A stretch of DNA of 63,303 nt, the filler included, from Octopus bimaculoides (Eukaryota), in the NCBI RefSeq assembly GCF_001194135.2. It is 7 parts of 6 records of this genome, joined end to end, with 100 filler letters (N's around TTAATTAATTAA, not from the genome) between each part and the next. Parts side by side here need not be neighbours in the genome. Positions count along the whole stretch, not along the records: positions 29,250 to 47,026 come from NC_068983.1; positions 47,127 to 53,475 come from NW_026385212.1; 5 more parts are not named here. One strand, given 5' to 3'. Positions within the stretch are counted from its first letter, which is position 1, and every line of letters begins with the position of its first letter. Position numbers and translations under genes: made by a program. The notes under the pieces were generated by a model. It made no database searches and was not told the DNA's origin. It saw only the letters and a program-made list of their open reading frames with translations. Shown here piece by piece: positions 38,063-50,089 of the stretch.

Positions 38063-39711
38063 TTAGGTTCTAATTCCTAAAAAACCACCCCCTTCAATTT
38101 GTTGTATGTGTGTGTATATACATACATACATACATACATACATACATACATGCATGCATGCATACATACATACATACATACATACATACATACATACATA
38201 CATACACACATACCCGTTCAGACACACAAACACATAGGCGTACACACGCACATATATTTGACACCGATTTGATAAGTGATGTTGGTTTGCTTACGTCTTC
38301 GTGTCCTAATGGTTCGGCAAAAAGAGACCGATAAAATAAGTGCCAGACTTTAAAAAAAATTACTGATGGTGAATTGTTTCATTGAGGGCGCTACGGACTG
38401 ACTTGGTGTGGTTACGACATTTTGTCCACAGCAGAGAACGACATTCTTATGCGTTCGAATATGTCCCAAACATATTTGAACTGGTAGCAACATAATACCT
38501 ATTTAGGAATGTATCCTAGCTGTGAATATTCTACATTTTATCGTATATGGAATATGAAAGAAAGCACAATTGAAGAATCTTAGTGTTTGAGACTCCATCG
38601 TTTGCCCGAAAAATATAATATATAAAAGAAATAATCCTTGTGTGATAACCGCCATCTTTAACGACACGGTCATTCAAAAGACAATAACCTACAATAGGTT
38701 AATCTTTATACGGATATAACTAATGGGGAATGAATGCAAGGAAATGAATAGCAACACATTGCAGAGACGTAAATTGTGAACTCAGTAGCACAGAACCTAA
38801 AGGTCATCAATAACCCCTCAACCACGTACCGCAACAATACAACTTTTAAGATCTATTTATCTCCAGTACTGTAATAGTCAGTGCCAACACAAGGTGATTC
38901 ATGTCTTTAGTAGTTTTCAGTGAAATGTATTGACGATACAATAAGTTAATGTCGAAATATACAAATAAGCACATGTTATAATGATAGCGATAATTTGAAG
39001 CGCAGTCAGCAAAGATTTATTACCTGAGAAAATGGGAAAGTACTACTCATCGGAGTACACTGCATTAGCGGCAAACATAAAGTATTTCGAAATATATAAA
39101 CTATATATATAACATTTTTACAGCGCATTCATTATTAGTTCAGGATGATCAAATTCGCTAAGCGAAGACGGTATGGAAACAAGTAAAACGTTAAATATTA
39201 CCTTTACGCGCATTTCAAAGATCTCTATTTATCTCATACACCACTCTATCTGCCTCCCACTGTCTGTATATACGTATATGCGCGTGCATTTACTTACACA
39301 AATACACACACATAGGCATACGTATATGTCTAATATATGAACAGATATATACATACTTATACACATATAGATAAATAGATTCGATAGATATGCATATACA
39401 TACACGTAACTATATGTATATATCCGTATGTGTTTGTGCATGTTTGCATATGTGCGTGTGTGTATGTATATGTAATATGTATCGTATATATATACATACA
39501 TATGTATATAATATATAATATATATATATAATATACATATATACATGTATGTATATGTATATGCACTCATAGAAGCGTAAATAGACATGACATACACACA
39601 TCCTTAATACAAATGAACAAATTTCGATATGTGCAGAGATAAACGCCGCTGTAACATGCCTGCAAATCACAACACTACACACACTCAAACGTACATTATC
39701 TTAATACGCCT

Positions 39712-39757
<46 letters not shown>

Positions 39758-40425
39758 CCATGCACACACACACTAACTACACTCCCCCAAAACAACACAT
39801 TCCTATCCAAGCACTAACTTACTCCCCCTCGCACACACATGCACACATACACGCACATGCGCGCATATATACATTAAACTGTTTCCCCGAGCGCCATTTT
39901 CTCATCTCTATAGATTTACTGTTGCTTGAATGAGACAAAAGCGTATAGATTAAATATAGAATGTTACACTACATTAATTCACAATCACTGTCATGACGTT
40001 AGAGAGAAATAATAACAAGCTCTTTCTCTCTTTTTTCATCACCTCTTATCTCTCATGAATTCTCTTTACTGTCTCATATATGACTATCACGTTTCCTTAT
40101 CTCTGCTTTTCACGCACCCGCAAATATATATACACATGCACACTATATACGAATACAACGATGTTTTAAACTACAACTACACGTGAGTGCGTGTATAGCT
40201 GCATATATGCATATTATGTGTGTACGTGTGTGTTTGCGCGCGCGTGGGGCATGTGTGTGTATGTACATAATATGTTCATGTATTGCAGATTACACACACA
40301 TACACATATAAGATATGTATATATATAATATATTACACACATATATATATATATACGTGTGTGTGTGTGTGTGTGCGTGTGTGTGTATAACTAGATAGAT
40401 AGACTGATACATACATATCTCTCTA

Positions 40426-40485
<60 letters not shown>

Positions 40486-40510
40486 AGGAGAGGATATATA
40501 GACATACAGG

Positions 40511-40560
<50 letters not shown>

Positions 40561-41829
40561 NNNNNNNNNNNNNNNNNNNNNNNNNNNNNNNNNNNNNNNN
40601 NNNNNNNNNNNNNNNNNNNNNNNNNNNNNNNNNNNNNNNNNNNNNNNNNNNNNNNNNNNNNNNNNNNNNNNNNNNNNNNNNNNNNNNNNNNNNNNNNNNN
40701 NNNNNNNNNNNNNNNNNNNNNNNNNNNNNNNNNNNNNNNNNNNNNNNNNNNNNNNNNNNNNNNNNNNNNNNNNNNNNNNNNNNNNNNNNNNNNNNNNNNN
40801 NNNNNNNNNNNNNNNNNNNNNNNNNNNNNNNNNNNNNNNNNNNNGCATATGTAGATACAGATACATACAGATACAAACATGCATGTGTAAGTATTAAAGA
40901 AAGAGCAAAGAAACATTGTTCATCTTGGTTGTATGTCAGTTTCCCAATCCGGTGAGAAACTTGGAGGTTGAAACTGTCCTCACATGCTTCGAGCCATACA
41001 TCCATCCACCCATCCATCCATCCATCCAGCCAGCCAACCAGCCATCCATCCATCTATCTATCCAGCCATCCGTCCGTCCGTCCGTCCGTCCGTCCGTCCG
41101 TCCGTCCGTCCGTCCGTCCATCCAGCCATTCATCCATGTGTTCAATCAAACATTCAACTAACCATCGACGCGCATAATTTTTCAACGTTCAGTCTATTAA
41201 ACAGCTGCCGCATGAACATCGCTACAAGGAAGTGAGGGGAAGGACATACACACGTGCGCGCACACTCATAGTAACACAGGGAGAGGGAATGAGAGCAAGA
41301 GAGAGAGAGAGAGAGAGAAAGAGAAAGTGATAGAGAGAAAGTGATAGAGAGAGAGAGAGAGAGAGGCAGAGAGAGATAAAGAAAGAGAGAAAGTGATAGA
41401 GAGAGAGAGAGGCAGAGAGATATAAAGAAAGAGAGAGAGGGAGAGAGAGAGAGAGGAGCAAAATGATGAAAGAGGATGGTTTTGCGATGCGTAAAATGAC
41501 AAATGAATTGAAAATCTCTTATGGTGGAGAGCAAATGTCACAAAGCTTTGTGTGAGAGGAGGAGGAGGAGAAGTAGGAGGAGGAAGAGAAGTAGGAGGAG
41601 GAAAACGAGGAAGAGGAGTGGGACTGATTTGTAGTAGTAGTAGTAGTAGTAGTAGTTGTTGTTGGTTTTGTTGTTCTTGGCTGATTGACATTGTGTGAAG
41701 TTGGCAGACTCGGATTCCAATCAGTCAGATCGAGTCACTACAAACATGGTCAACCCATCCACCATCCAGGTAAAACTTACCTTTAATTTTATTTGTTAAC
41801 AGCAAGCGCTAACACATCGGCCATGACAG

Positions 41830-42123
41830 TTGCTGATATATAGGACAAGATATAAGCGTTCAGCTTCCTTGTTTTGCCGAACGACAAATGATTTGTTTAT
41901 GGTGATCAAATGTATGTGCCGTACATGAACTCACTCTCTCCATCAAATCGACGTTGCCTGGACAGAAGAACAGTGTACCACGAGTCATGAGTCGAAGTGA
42001 CCGCTGAGCAACGTGAGATGAAGTGTTCTGCTCAAGAACACAGCGCACCACCCGGTCTAGCAATTGAAACCACGATCTCGCGATGATGAGTGCAACACCC
42101 TAACCATTAGGCCATGCATCCTC
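41830..42123 (-). mobile_element. tRNA-derived SINE (family 3)
   Basis: The minus strand reads GAGGATGCATGGCCTAATGGTTAGGGTGTTGCACTC...GTGGTTTCAATTGC (A and B boxes), then a CORE-like TGTGTTCTTGAGCAGAACACTT. Confidence 0.8.
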
Positions 42124-42721
42124 ACTATATATATATATATATATATATATNNNNNNNNNNNNNNNNNNNNNNNNNNNNNNNNNNNNNNNNNNNNNNNNNN
42201 NNNNNNNNNNNNNNNNNNNNNNNNNNNNNNNNNNNNNNNNNNNNNNNNNNNNNNNNNNNNNNNNNNNNNNNNNNNNNNNNNNNNNNNNNNNNNNNNNNNN
42301 NNNNNNNNNNNNNNNNNNNNNNNNNNNNNNNNNNNNNNNNNNNNNNNNNNNNNNNNNNNNNNNNNNNNNNNNNNNNNNNNNNNNNNNNNNNNNNNNNNNN
42401 NNNNNNNNNNNNNNNNNNNNNNNNNNNNNNNNNNNNNNNNNNNNNNNNNNNNNNNNNNNNNNNNNNNNNNNNNNNNNNNNNNNNNNNNNNNNNNNNNNNN
42501 NNNNNNNNNNNNNNNNNNNNNNNNNNNNNNNNNNNNNNNNNNNNNNNNNNNNNNNNNNNNNNNNNNNNNNNNNNNNNNNNNNNNNNNNNNNNNNNNNNNN
42601 NNNNNNNNNNNNNNNNNNNNNNNNNNNNNNNNNNNNNNNNNNNNNNNNNNNNNNNNNNNNNNNNNNNNNNNNCCATTTTTATAATTGTTTATGGTGCTTT
42701 ATACTTATAACGAACTTTTCA

Positions 42722-42767
<46 letters not shown>

Positions 42768-42999
42768 TGCATGTATATACACACGCATATCGCGTGAAAG
42801 AGAGAAGAGGGAGAGATGGTCTGGTCATTCAGTCTTTGATGGGCTTCTTGAGAAGATGAGAAGATGCAGCATAAATTGAGTTATTTATGTGAGAAATCAT
42901 TCAGAGTAATTAACGATAGATAACTAGAAATAGTGCGCGCACACCTTATCATAAAAATGTTTTGTTTGGTAGTTTAGTAACCCCACTTTTCATAACAAC

Positions 43000-45900
43000 C
43001 TTGAAGCTCCTAAAAGCTCGTCGGAAAAATTCACATATCTTACTTCTATGTCAATTAAATCACGCTCCAGTCAACCTGAGTGACTGATCCATGTTCACAT
43101 AGATGTTAATGCCGTTTTTGAGGATATAGATTGTTTCTTATAGCTAGTCTGGCTTTTTTGTTGCAGTTTTGTTAAGCTGTGTCTCTAAAGTGGAGAATCT
43201 GAGCGAGATTGTCCAAACTCGGCTGAAACCTCGTTACAGATGTCCTCTTGCATTGAGTTTATTATGCATATCTTATGCATATCAATCAATGCAAGACTTT
43301 TCTTTTTTTTTATTCTGTACATACTAACTGTCGCTGTTTTTATCATGGACATCAATTATGAAACGTGTAGAATGAGCCTGCAAAACACTATGAAGTCTGA
43401 TATATAGACTTTTGCAGCACACCACTACGGATAAAAACAAGAGGACAGTTAATGGTACCAGATGGAATAAATGTTTGTTGTTTGGGTAATGGTTTCAGTA
43501 AATTCTACATAAATTTTCTCAGTTGATGCACATAATTAGACAGATCGTGACATACGTTTGAATCTCCAACAATCTGTACGGAAGCGTTAATATCGTGCCA
43601 TAAAGCAGTTATGCCATAGTAAAAGTTAAGTCTACCTTAATTGACGTTCTAATATCTCGTAGTGCAATCGGCAGATATCCCAACCACCTATCCGTGTTGC
43701 CTTTTGCTTTAAATATTGTTTTAAGTTGCTGATGAAAGCATTCCATGTTTCGCAGAATGATAAGCCGAAGATCGAATCCGCTTAGTACCAAGCAATTGCA
43801 TTAATTCAGCAAACAAACTAGATTCAAGTTGCCTGCCTCTGTCAGTCGTTATCTTTGCTGGAATCCCATAACGCGACAAGCAGTTATAAAGCAACACTCA
43901 GCTATCGTTGCCGTTGAAATATATTGTATAATATAATAACAGCTTCAGACCCAATAGAAAAATGATCACTACATATTAACTGATGCATTTAGTCCTGAAC
44001 AAGTGATAACGGTCCAGCAGTTTCTGTATGCATGCGTTGAAAACGTGAAACTGGTGTAGCAAAATTTCTTAAGGGCACTCTTAGTTGACGATGAGCTTTT
44101 GCTTTTTGACAAGATATACAATTCTTAGTCCTTTGATGAATATTCTTGTTCATATTTGGCCAAAAGAACCATCTGTGACTCCCGGATGAGATATATTGTG
44201 AAGAGCGGAGAAATGGAGCTTCTATGTTTGGAGGAACAAAAGATCGTTCATGGTCGGCAGAAATATAACAACACGTATGCCTCGTAGAGTATGGAAGAAC
44301 TACATGGAACTCTACAGACTATACAAAGTTCTCCGGTTGTGTTAATTTTCCATTCGCTTCCTGGTCTACAGCAATTTTTTCAAAGTCAATAGCTTCACTG
44401 TAGTGCAAGGAATTTACATGAAATTGGGATACAGCATCAGCTGTGCAATTATTAGAGCCCGTTATATAACAAATATCGGCAGTAAACTGTGATACATATA
44501 AAGGTCCCCTATGGAGAATGTTTAAAGTTAAAGCTTTTGGTTAGTATGTATGATAAAGATTCTACCTTCCAGGTAATGACGAAAGTACTTAACTATTAAT
44601 TATGGTGCTAATAATTTCTGATCGAATGAACTATATCTACTTTCAGCCGGTTTCAAACACTTCGAGAAAAATAACAAAGTTTACCAAGAATCCTGATTAT
44701 ATTGTTCTAAAACAACAACGATTCTCACGTCAGAAGCATCCACTTACAGAGAAAGGTTTGTCTCTGTTACTGCTTGGTTAATAAGCTGACTCTGGATAAT
44801 TTCTCTTTCATCTCTTTAAATGATTGTGATTCTGATGTTAAAAGAATTTTCTCTTTCTTCCTTTTCCGATTAATTGATCCAGAAGCTACGATGAAAAGCC
44901 ATACGTAAATTCAAGTTCAACGTTACAGGTTTTTCTCTGTGAGAGTGAATTGTTGAATGGTTTAAATTTTGCAAATTAACCATTATCGGCTGCTGTCTGC
45001 CTTGTAAAAAACTGTACAACCAAAAAATGCACTCGGCACCTGTTTTCACGAGGAAACGANNNNNNNNNNGGCTTGAAATCAGATTAAAAGAAGTTTGTAT
45101 ACAGCAGTGAGCATTCGAGCCGAAATCTGTAATGGTACCAACACTGTGAATGAGTTCTGCGAGATTTTTTCTCTCAATTTCTGGAACGAGAAGTTGAATA
45201 TGCGGAAAAAATGAACTGCTTCGAAGAGAGTTGAAAGTAACAAAATAAGTAGAGCAAGTTGGAAGTGGTATGTCGAAATTGCTATCCGCTAATTCCGACA
45301 GTTGACCAACAGAGCTGGGATCCTTTACTATAGAAATTCTCTGTACATTCGGCAGTAAACGTGACAGTGACAACTGTTTCATGTAAGGAATTATTTTCCT
45401 CTAAGGAATTACTTTCTAGCAATTCCTTCGTCTTCATGGTAGCTGGGAAGGCCTTATCTTCTAAAGTTTCACTGTAGAGAAGGTGACCAGAGCTCCTTTG
45501 CGGGGAACTGGACGTGCGTTTTAATATCTCTAGTTTAATTTCCTGATACGAAATGGTACCTGCAGGAGCTGTAATTCTGTCCTTTATTTCACTGCTTAAC
45601 ATTGGCGGAAAGACACTTATAAACAAATTGAGATATGAGAATTTGACGGAATTTAGTTAGTCGAAAAGTATGCTGCTAAGTGCGTGAACCAAATGTTCGC
45701 GTCTCCAGATCACTGAGAGATTGTTAAAGAGAATATAGCTGCTTATGTCATTGGAATAAGAGCCTCATTAAGTAGAGAATATATGGCAAGGAACTTTTCC
45801 CTTTTTGTCTTTTTTACCAATTTACACTATGGCAGTAATGAAATGACGGACTGGAACATGTAGCTGAGACAGATACGTTACAAAAATAATTCATTTCTAG

Positions 45901-46310
45901 AACTGAACTATGCAAGAAAGATGGTTGTTGAAAATGCCGAAAACTGGTTAGAAATAGCTGTCAAATACGTTATTGATTGTGGCTATATGTTAGCATGTAT
46001 GGAAACACACTGATTGCAGTGTCTTATCAGTGTTGATATTGGTTCGGAGAAGTTTCTTCTGTGGTTGCCAGGTGATATTCATTTCCGTCTAGCATTCGTT
46101 GATGGTAACACGTTGTTTTATTTTCCAGAGAGAAAAATCAGACTCCCCTGCGCGTCATCATTTTTTACTATGCGGAGTCATCAACGATCCTGTTGTCGTT
46201 GACTGTTTCATTATCGTTTTGGTGCTTGTTTGGAACCACTATTTCAGTGGGTTTTGTCACTAATTCATCGTTGGTAGTATATGATATTAGGTGAGTCGAG
46301 TGACCACAAC
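43000..46310 (-). mobile_element. Ty3/Gypsy LTR-retrotransposon internal region, decayed, most of RT deleted
   Basis: gag (DANIWFTHLAAYF, YQEIKLEILKRTSSSPQR), protease (FLVKTGAE), RNase H end (YVSQFTADICYITGSNNCTADAVSQ) and integrase (FHQQLKT...WLGYLPIALRDIRTSIKVDL). A candidate PBS TGGTCACTCGAC lies at 46295-46306. No LTR pair found. Confidence 0.85.
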
Positions 46311-47149
46311 CGAAACATTTCCATTTAGATGTGTACAACAATCATTTGAATAAAATAGGATACATGCGATCGTATCTGTGATAAAATGAAATTCTTAACT
46401 GAATAAATAATTTTAGTTCTATGAAAATCGTTGAGTGTTATTAAAATCAGACAAATAGAAAGAGTGAAAACACCATATCACAAAACTGAACGACAGAATT
46501 CTGTGTAGAACCTAAGTATATAGTGATTATTGAGTTCACATTCTTTTTTTTAATTATTTTCGATGGCTATTTTCGTTGTTTAACTTGATGAGGCATAATT
46601 AAGAAAGGCATGATCCTCCATCTTATTCGCACTTACTATGGTTGCTCCCTTTGCTAAAACCAGTGAGCAAAAGAAATCGAGCAACAGATAGAATGTGTAT
46701 GTATGTATGTATGTATGTATGTAGGCAGGTATGCATAAATGAATGTATGTATGTAGGTAGGTATGTATGCATTTATGTTTGTATGTCATCATTCAGTTTT
46801 ATTTCAAGATTTCTTGCCAATAGAGATAGAGTCGGTTTCTAACCTAGATCCAATTGGAATTTTAACAACATCAACAGGGTATTTTTGTATGTATGTATGT
46901 ATGTATGTATATGTGCAGATTTGTATGTTTTGTTTATGTATGACTTCTCATGCATATACTTGCATATCTAGACATGCCTATATATATTTAAAGGATAAAC
47001 TTCTGGAAAGTTTTACAGATTTTGACNNNNNNNNNNNNNNNNNNNNNNNNNNNNNNNNNNNNNNNNNNNNTTAATTAATTAANNNNNNNNNNNNNNNNNN
47101 NNNNNNNNNNNNNNNNNNNNNNNNNNTATTACATAATGTAATAGTGATA

Positions 47150-48522
47150 AAAAATAACAACACCAACAACAATAATACAAAAAAGATATAAAACATAGTG
47201 GTTTGAAAAGGTACATTGATTAGAAGAATATTGTGGTTGGGGAAGTTATGGCTTATCTATTAGTGTAAATTATATGGCATAGTGAAACTACTATTATAAT
47301 CGTGTTTTAATCATTGGGTATTGGTGTATAAATATAAAGAAGTCTGGGTTTGCATCTCCTAATCAATTATAGTATAATATTATTATAAAACATTGCAGTG
47401 ATGAGTGTTATTTAATATTACTTTTGTGTATTGTAATGTCATTCGAAAGCTTCGAGTCATTGACTGAAAGGTTTAGAAATTTTTCTGTAAATGTGGGATT
47501 ATGGATCCTGTATATTATGGGGTCAGAATCTAGCTATGCGAGGGTAAACTGAATAATTAAGGTACATAGTTAAGTTGTGGGTAGAGTACGGGCTTCGTTA
47601 ATTCAATGTCTGAATTGTGGCAGGAAGGATCTGATGTAGGAGTTGCTAATGAGAGAAGGTTTAGAAGTGCTTATAACTAAAAAGAGGGGACTTAGGGATT
47701 ATAGTATCTAAAGGTTTTAATCATTTTATGCATACAGGAAGGTTTGAAATCTGATCTCTTATTAATTAGCTTATTCTTATCAGGGAATCTAATAATTTTC
47801 AATAGTTCTAAGGAACATAACTGGCAACCAGTTCTATTATCTCTATACGTTGCGGCCGATCCAACTATGGACCATCTAAGGTTAAAGTTAATGTTATCAT
47901 CTTTAAGTTCCCAAATTCTACGAGATAATGAGGTGCTATTAGCATTATGTCTGAGTCTAAACGAAGACCTGTGGTTATAGAACCTAGATTTCCAGAATGA
48001 AGAGCACCCAAGGTAGGTGAGGGTATTCGTTTCCGTAATTATTTCGTCAGAGTATACTACGTTTTTAGCTAAGCAGTTTCCACGTAAAGGACATGTCGAT
48101 GGTGTTACACAATTGCACTCGATTTTGTAGTTGCTAGGCTGTCTTATGTTTGCATTTGTGGGGTAACTGCTTATATGATTGTTATCTATGCTAGTTCTTG
48201 GGTGGTTAGGGTTTATGCTTACTTGCTGTTACTATTATTGTTGCTACCTCTATTTGGGTTGTTTGAAGCTACATCACCTCTATTCATTCTGCCGTTAACA
48301 GTGGTACTATATTTATTATTTCTATCAGCAATATTATTAGTTATATTGGAATCGTGGCTCGTATAATTATTATCATGATTATTATTAGAGGTGGAGTTGG
48401 ATATTCTATTATTAGTAGCAGTATCATTATTTAACGCGGAAGTACTATAAGGTGTGGCGCTATCCTGTGTTGGATCTAGGTTTAGTGATTCATCTACTGT
48501 ACTGTGATTTGCTATTTGGGTA
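47150..48522 (-). mobile_element. Penelope-like element 3' part: Asn-rich linker, GIY-YIG and 3' UTR
   Basis: See the 47692-48222 reading frame; the 5' side is cut by the RTE insertion at 48523. Confidence 0.85.
47692..48222 (-). pseudogene. Uninterrupted 176-aa PLE GIY-YIG reading frame (absent from the ORF track because it has no early start codon)
   Basis: My translation: ...ECNCVTPSTCPLRGNCLAKNVVYSDEIITETNTLTYLGCSSFWKSRFYNHRSSFRLRHNANSTSLSRRIWELKDDNINFNLRWSIV...GCQLCSLELLKII...LINKRSDFKPSCMHK...NP*. Confidence 0.85.
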
Positions 48523-49800
48523 TACGCATGTCCTCAGCAGTCATGGCCCATGTTTCACTGCTACATGGCAGTGAAACATGGGCCGTGACTGCTGAGGACA
48601 TGCGTAAGCTCGCAAGGAATGAAGCCAGTATGCTCCGATGGATGAGAATGTCAGTGTGCATACCCGACAGAGTGTAAGTATCTTGAGAGAAAAGTTGTAC
48701 CTAAGAAGCATCAGTTGTGGTGTGCAAGAGAGACGATTGCGCTGGTATGGACATGTGATGAGAATGGATGAGGATAGCTGCATGAAAAAGTGCCANNNNN
48801 NNNNNNNNNNNNNNNNNNNNNNNNNNNNNNNNNNNNNNNNNNNNNNNNNNNNNNNNNNNNNNNNNNNNNNNNNNNNNNNNNNNNNNNNNNNNNNNNNNNN
48901 NNNNNNNNNNNNNNNNNNNNNNNNNNNNNNNNNNNNNNNNNNNNNNNNNNNNNNNNNNNNNNNNNNNNNNNNNNNNNNNNNNNNNNNNNNNNNNNNNNNN
49001 NNNNNNNNNNNNNNNNNNNNNNNNNNNNNNNNNNNNNNNNNNNNNNNNNNNNNNNNNNNNNNNNNNNNNNNNNNNNNNNNNNNNNNNNNNNNNNNNNNNN
49101 NNNNNNNNNNNNNNNNNNNNNNNNNNNNNNNNNNNNNNNNNNNNNNNNNNNNNNNNNNNNNNNNNNNNNNNNNNNNNNNNNNNNNNNNNNNNNNNNNNNN
49201 NNNNNNNNNNNNNNNNNNNNNNNNNNNNNNNNNNNNNNNNNNNNNNNNNNNNNNNNNNNNNNNNNNNNNNNNNNNNNNNNNNNNNNNNNNNNNNNNNNNN
49301 NNNNNNNNNNNNNNNNNNNNNNNNNNNNNNNNNNNNNNNNNNNNNNNNNNNNNNNNNNNNNNNNNNNNNNNNNNNNNNNNNNNNNNNNNNNNNNNNNNNN
49401 NNNNNNNNNNNNNNNNNNNNNNNNNNNNNNNNNNNNNNNNNNNNNNNNNNNNNNNNNNNNNNNNNNNNNNNNNNNNNNNNNNNNNNNNNNNNAGTAAGAC
49501 ATTCGAGCGAGATCGTTGCCAGTGCTGATGGACTGGCTCGTGTGCAGGTGGCACGTAAAATACACCATTTTGAGCGTGGCCATTGCCAGTACCGCCTGAC
49601 TGGCCTTCATGCCAGTGGCACGTAAAAGCACCCACTACACTCTCGGAGTGGTTGGTGTTAGGAAGGGCATCCAGCTGTAGAAACTCTGCCAAATCAGATT
49701 GGAGCCTGGTGTAGCCACCTGGTCCACCAGTCCTCAGTCAAATCGTCCAACCCATGCTAGCATGGAAAGCGGACGTTAAACGACGACGATGATGATGATG
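48523..49800 (+). mobile_element. 5'-truncated RTE LINE with a fold-back 5' end
   Basis: HGSETWAVTAEDMRKLARNEASML and RRLRWYGHVMRMDEDS; the 3' end is GTTAAACGACGACGATGATGATG. Confidence 0.9.
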
Positions 49801-49862
49801 TATGTATCTCTTTCTCTCCTTCTCTCTCTCTCTCCCTCTTTCTCCCCCCTCTCTCTCTCTCC

Positions 49863-49894
<32 letters not shown>

Positions 49895-50030
49895 TTCGTT
49901 TGGAAGATTCTTTATGTGAGTTCGTGTGTTGAAGCATTTCTTGTGTGTGGGGAGAATCGCTTTCTTTTTGTGCCTCATAATTTAACACACTCACTGGTAA
50001 AATTTCTAGTTATTCTTTATTCTTATTTTC

Positions 50031-50064
<34 letters not shown>

Positions 50065-50089
50065 GTATGTATCTATATAGGTGATTAAA

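Noticed and set aside
38400-38560. Tc1-like peptide YVWDIFERI on the minus strand
   Set aside because: A single short motif with no other DDE motifs or TIRs.
42060-42123. tRNA gene (also the heads at 3872, 6446, 19085)
   Set aside because: A and B boxes are present, but there is no complete cloverleaf and the sequence runs into SINE cores.
42900-46600. LTR pair around the Gypsy relic
   Set aside because: No matching TG...CA direct repeats were found on the two sides.
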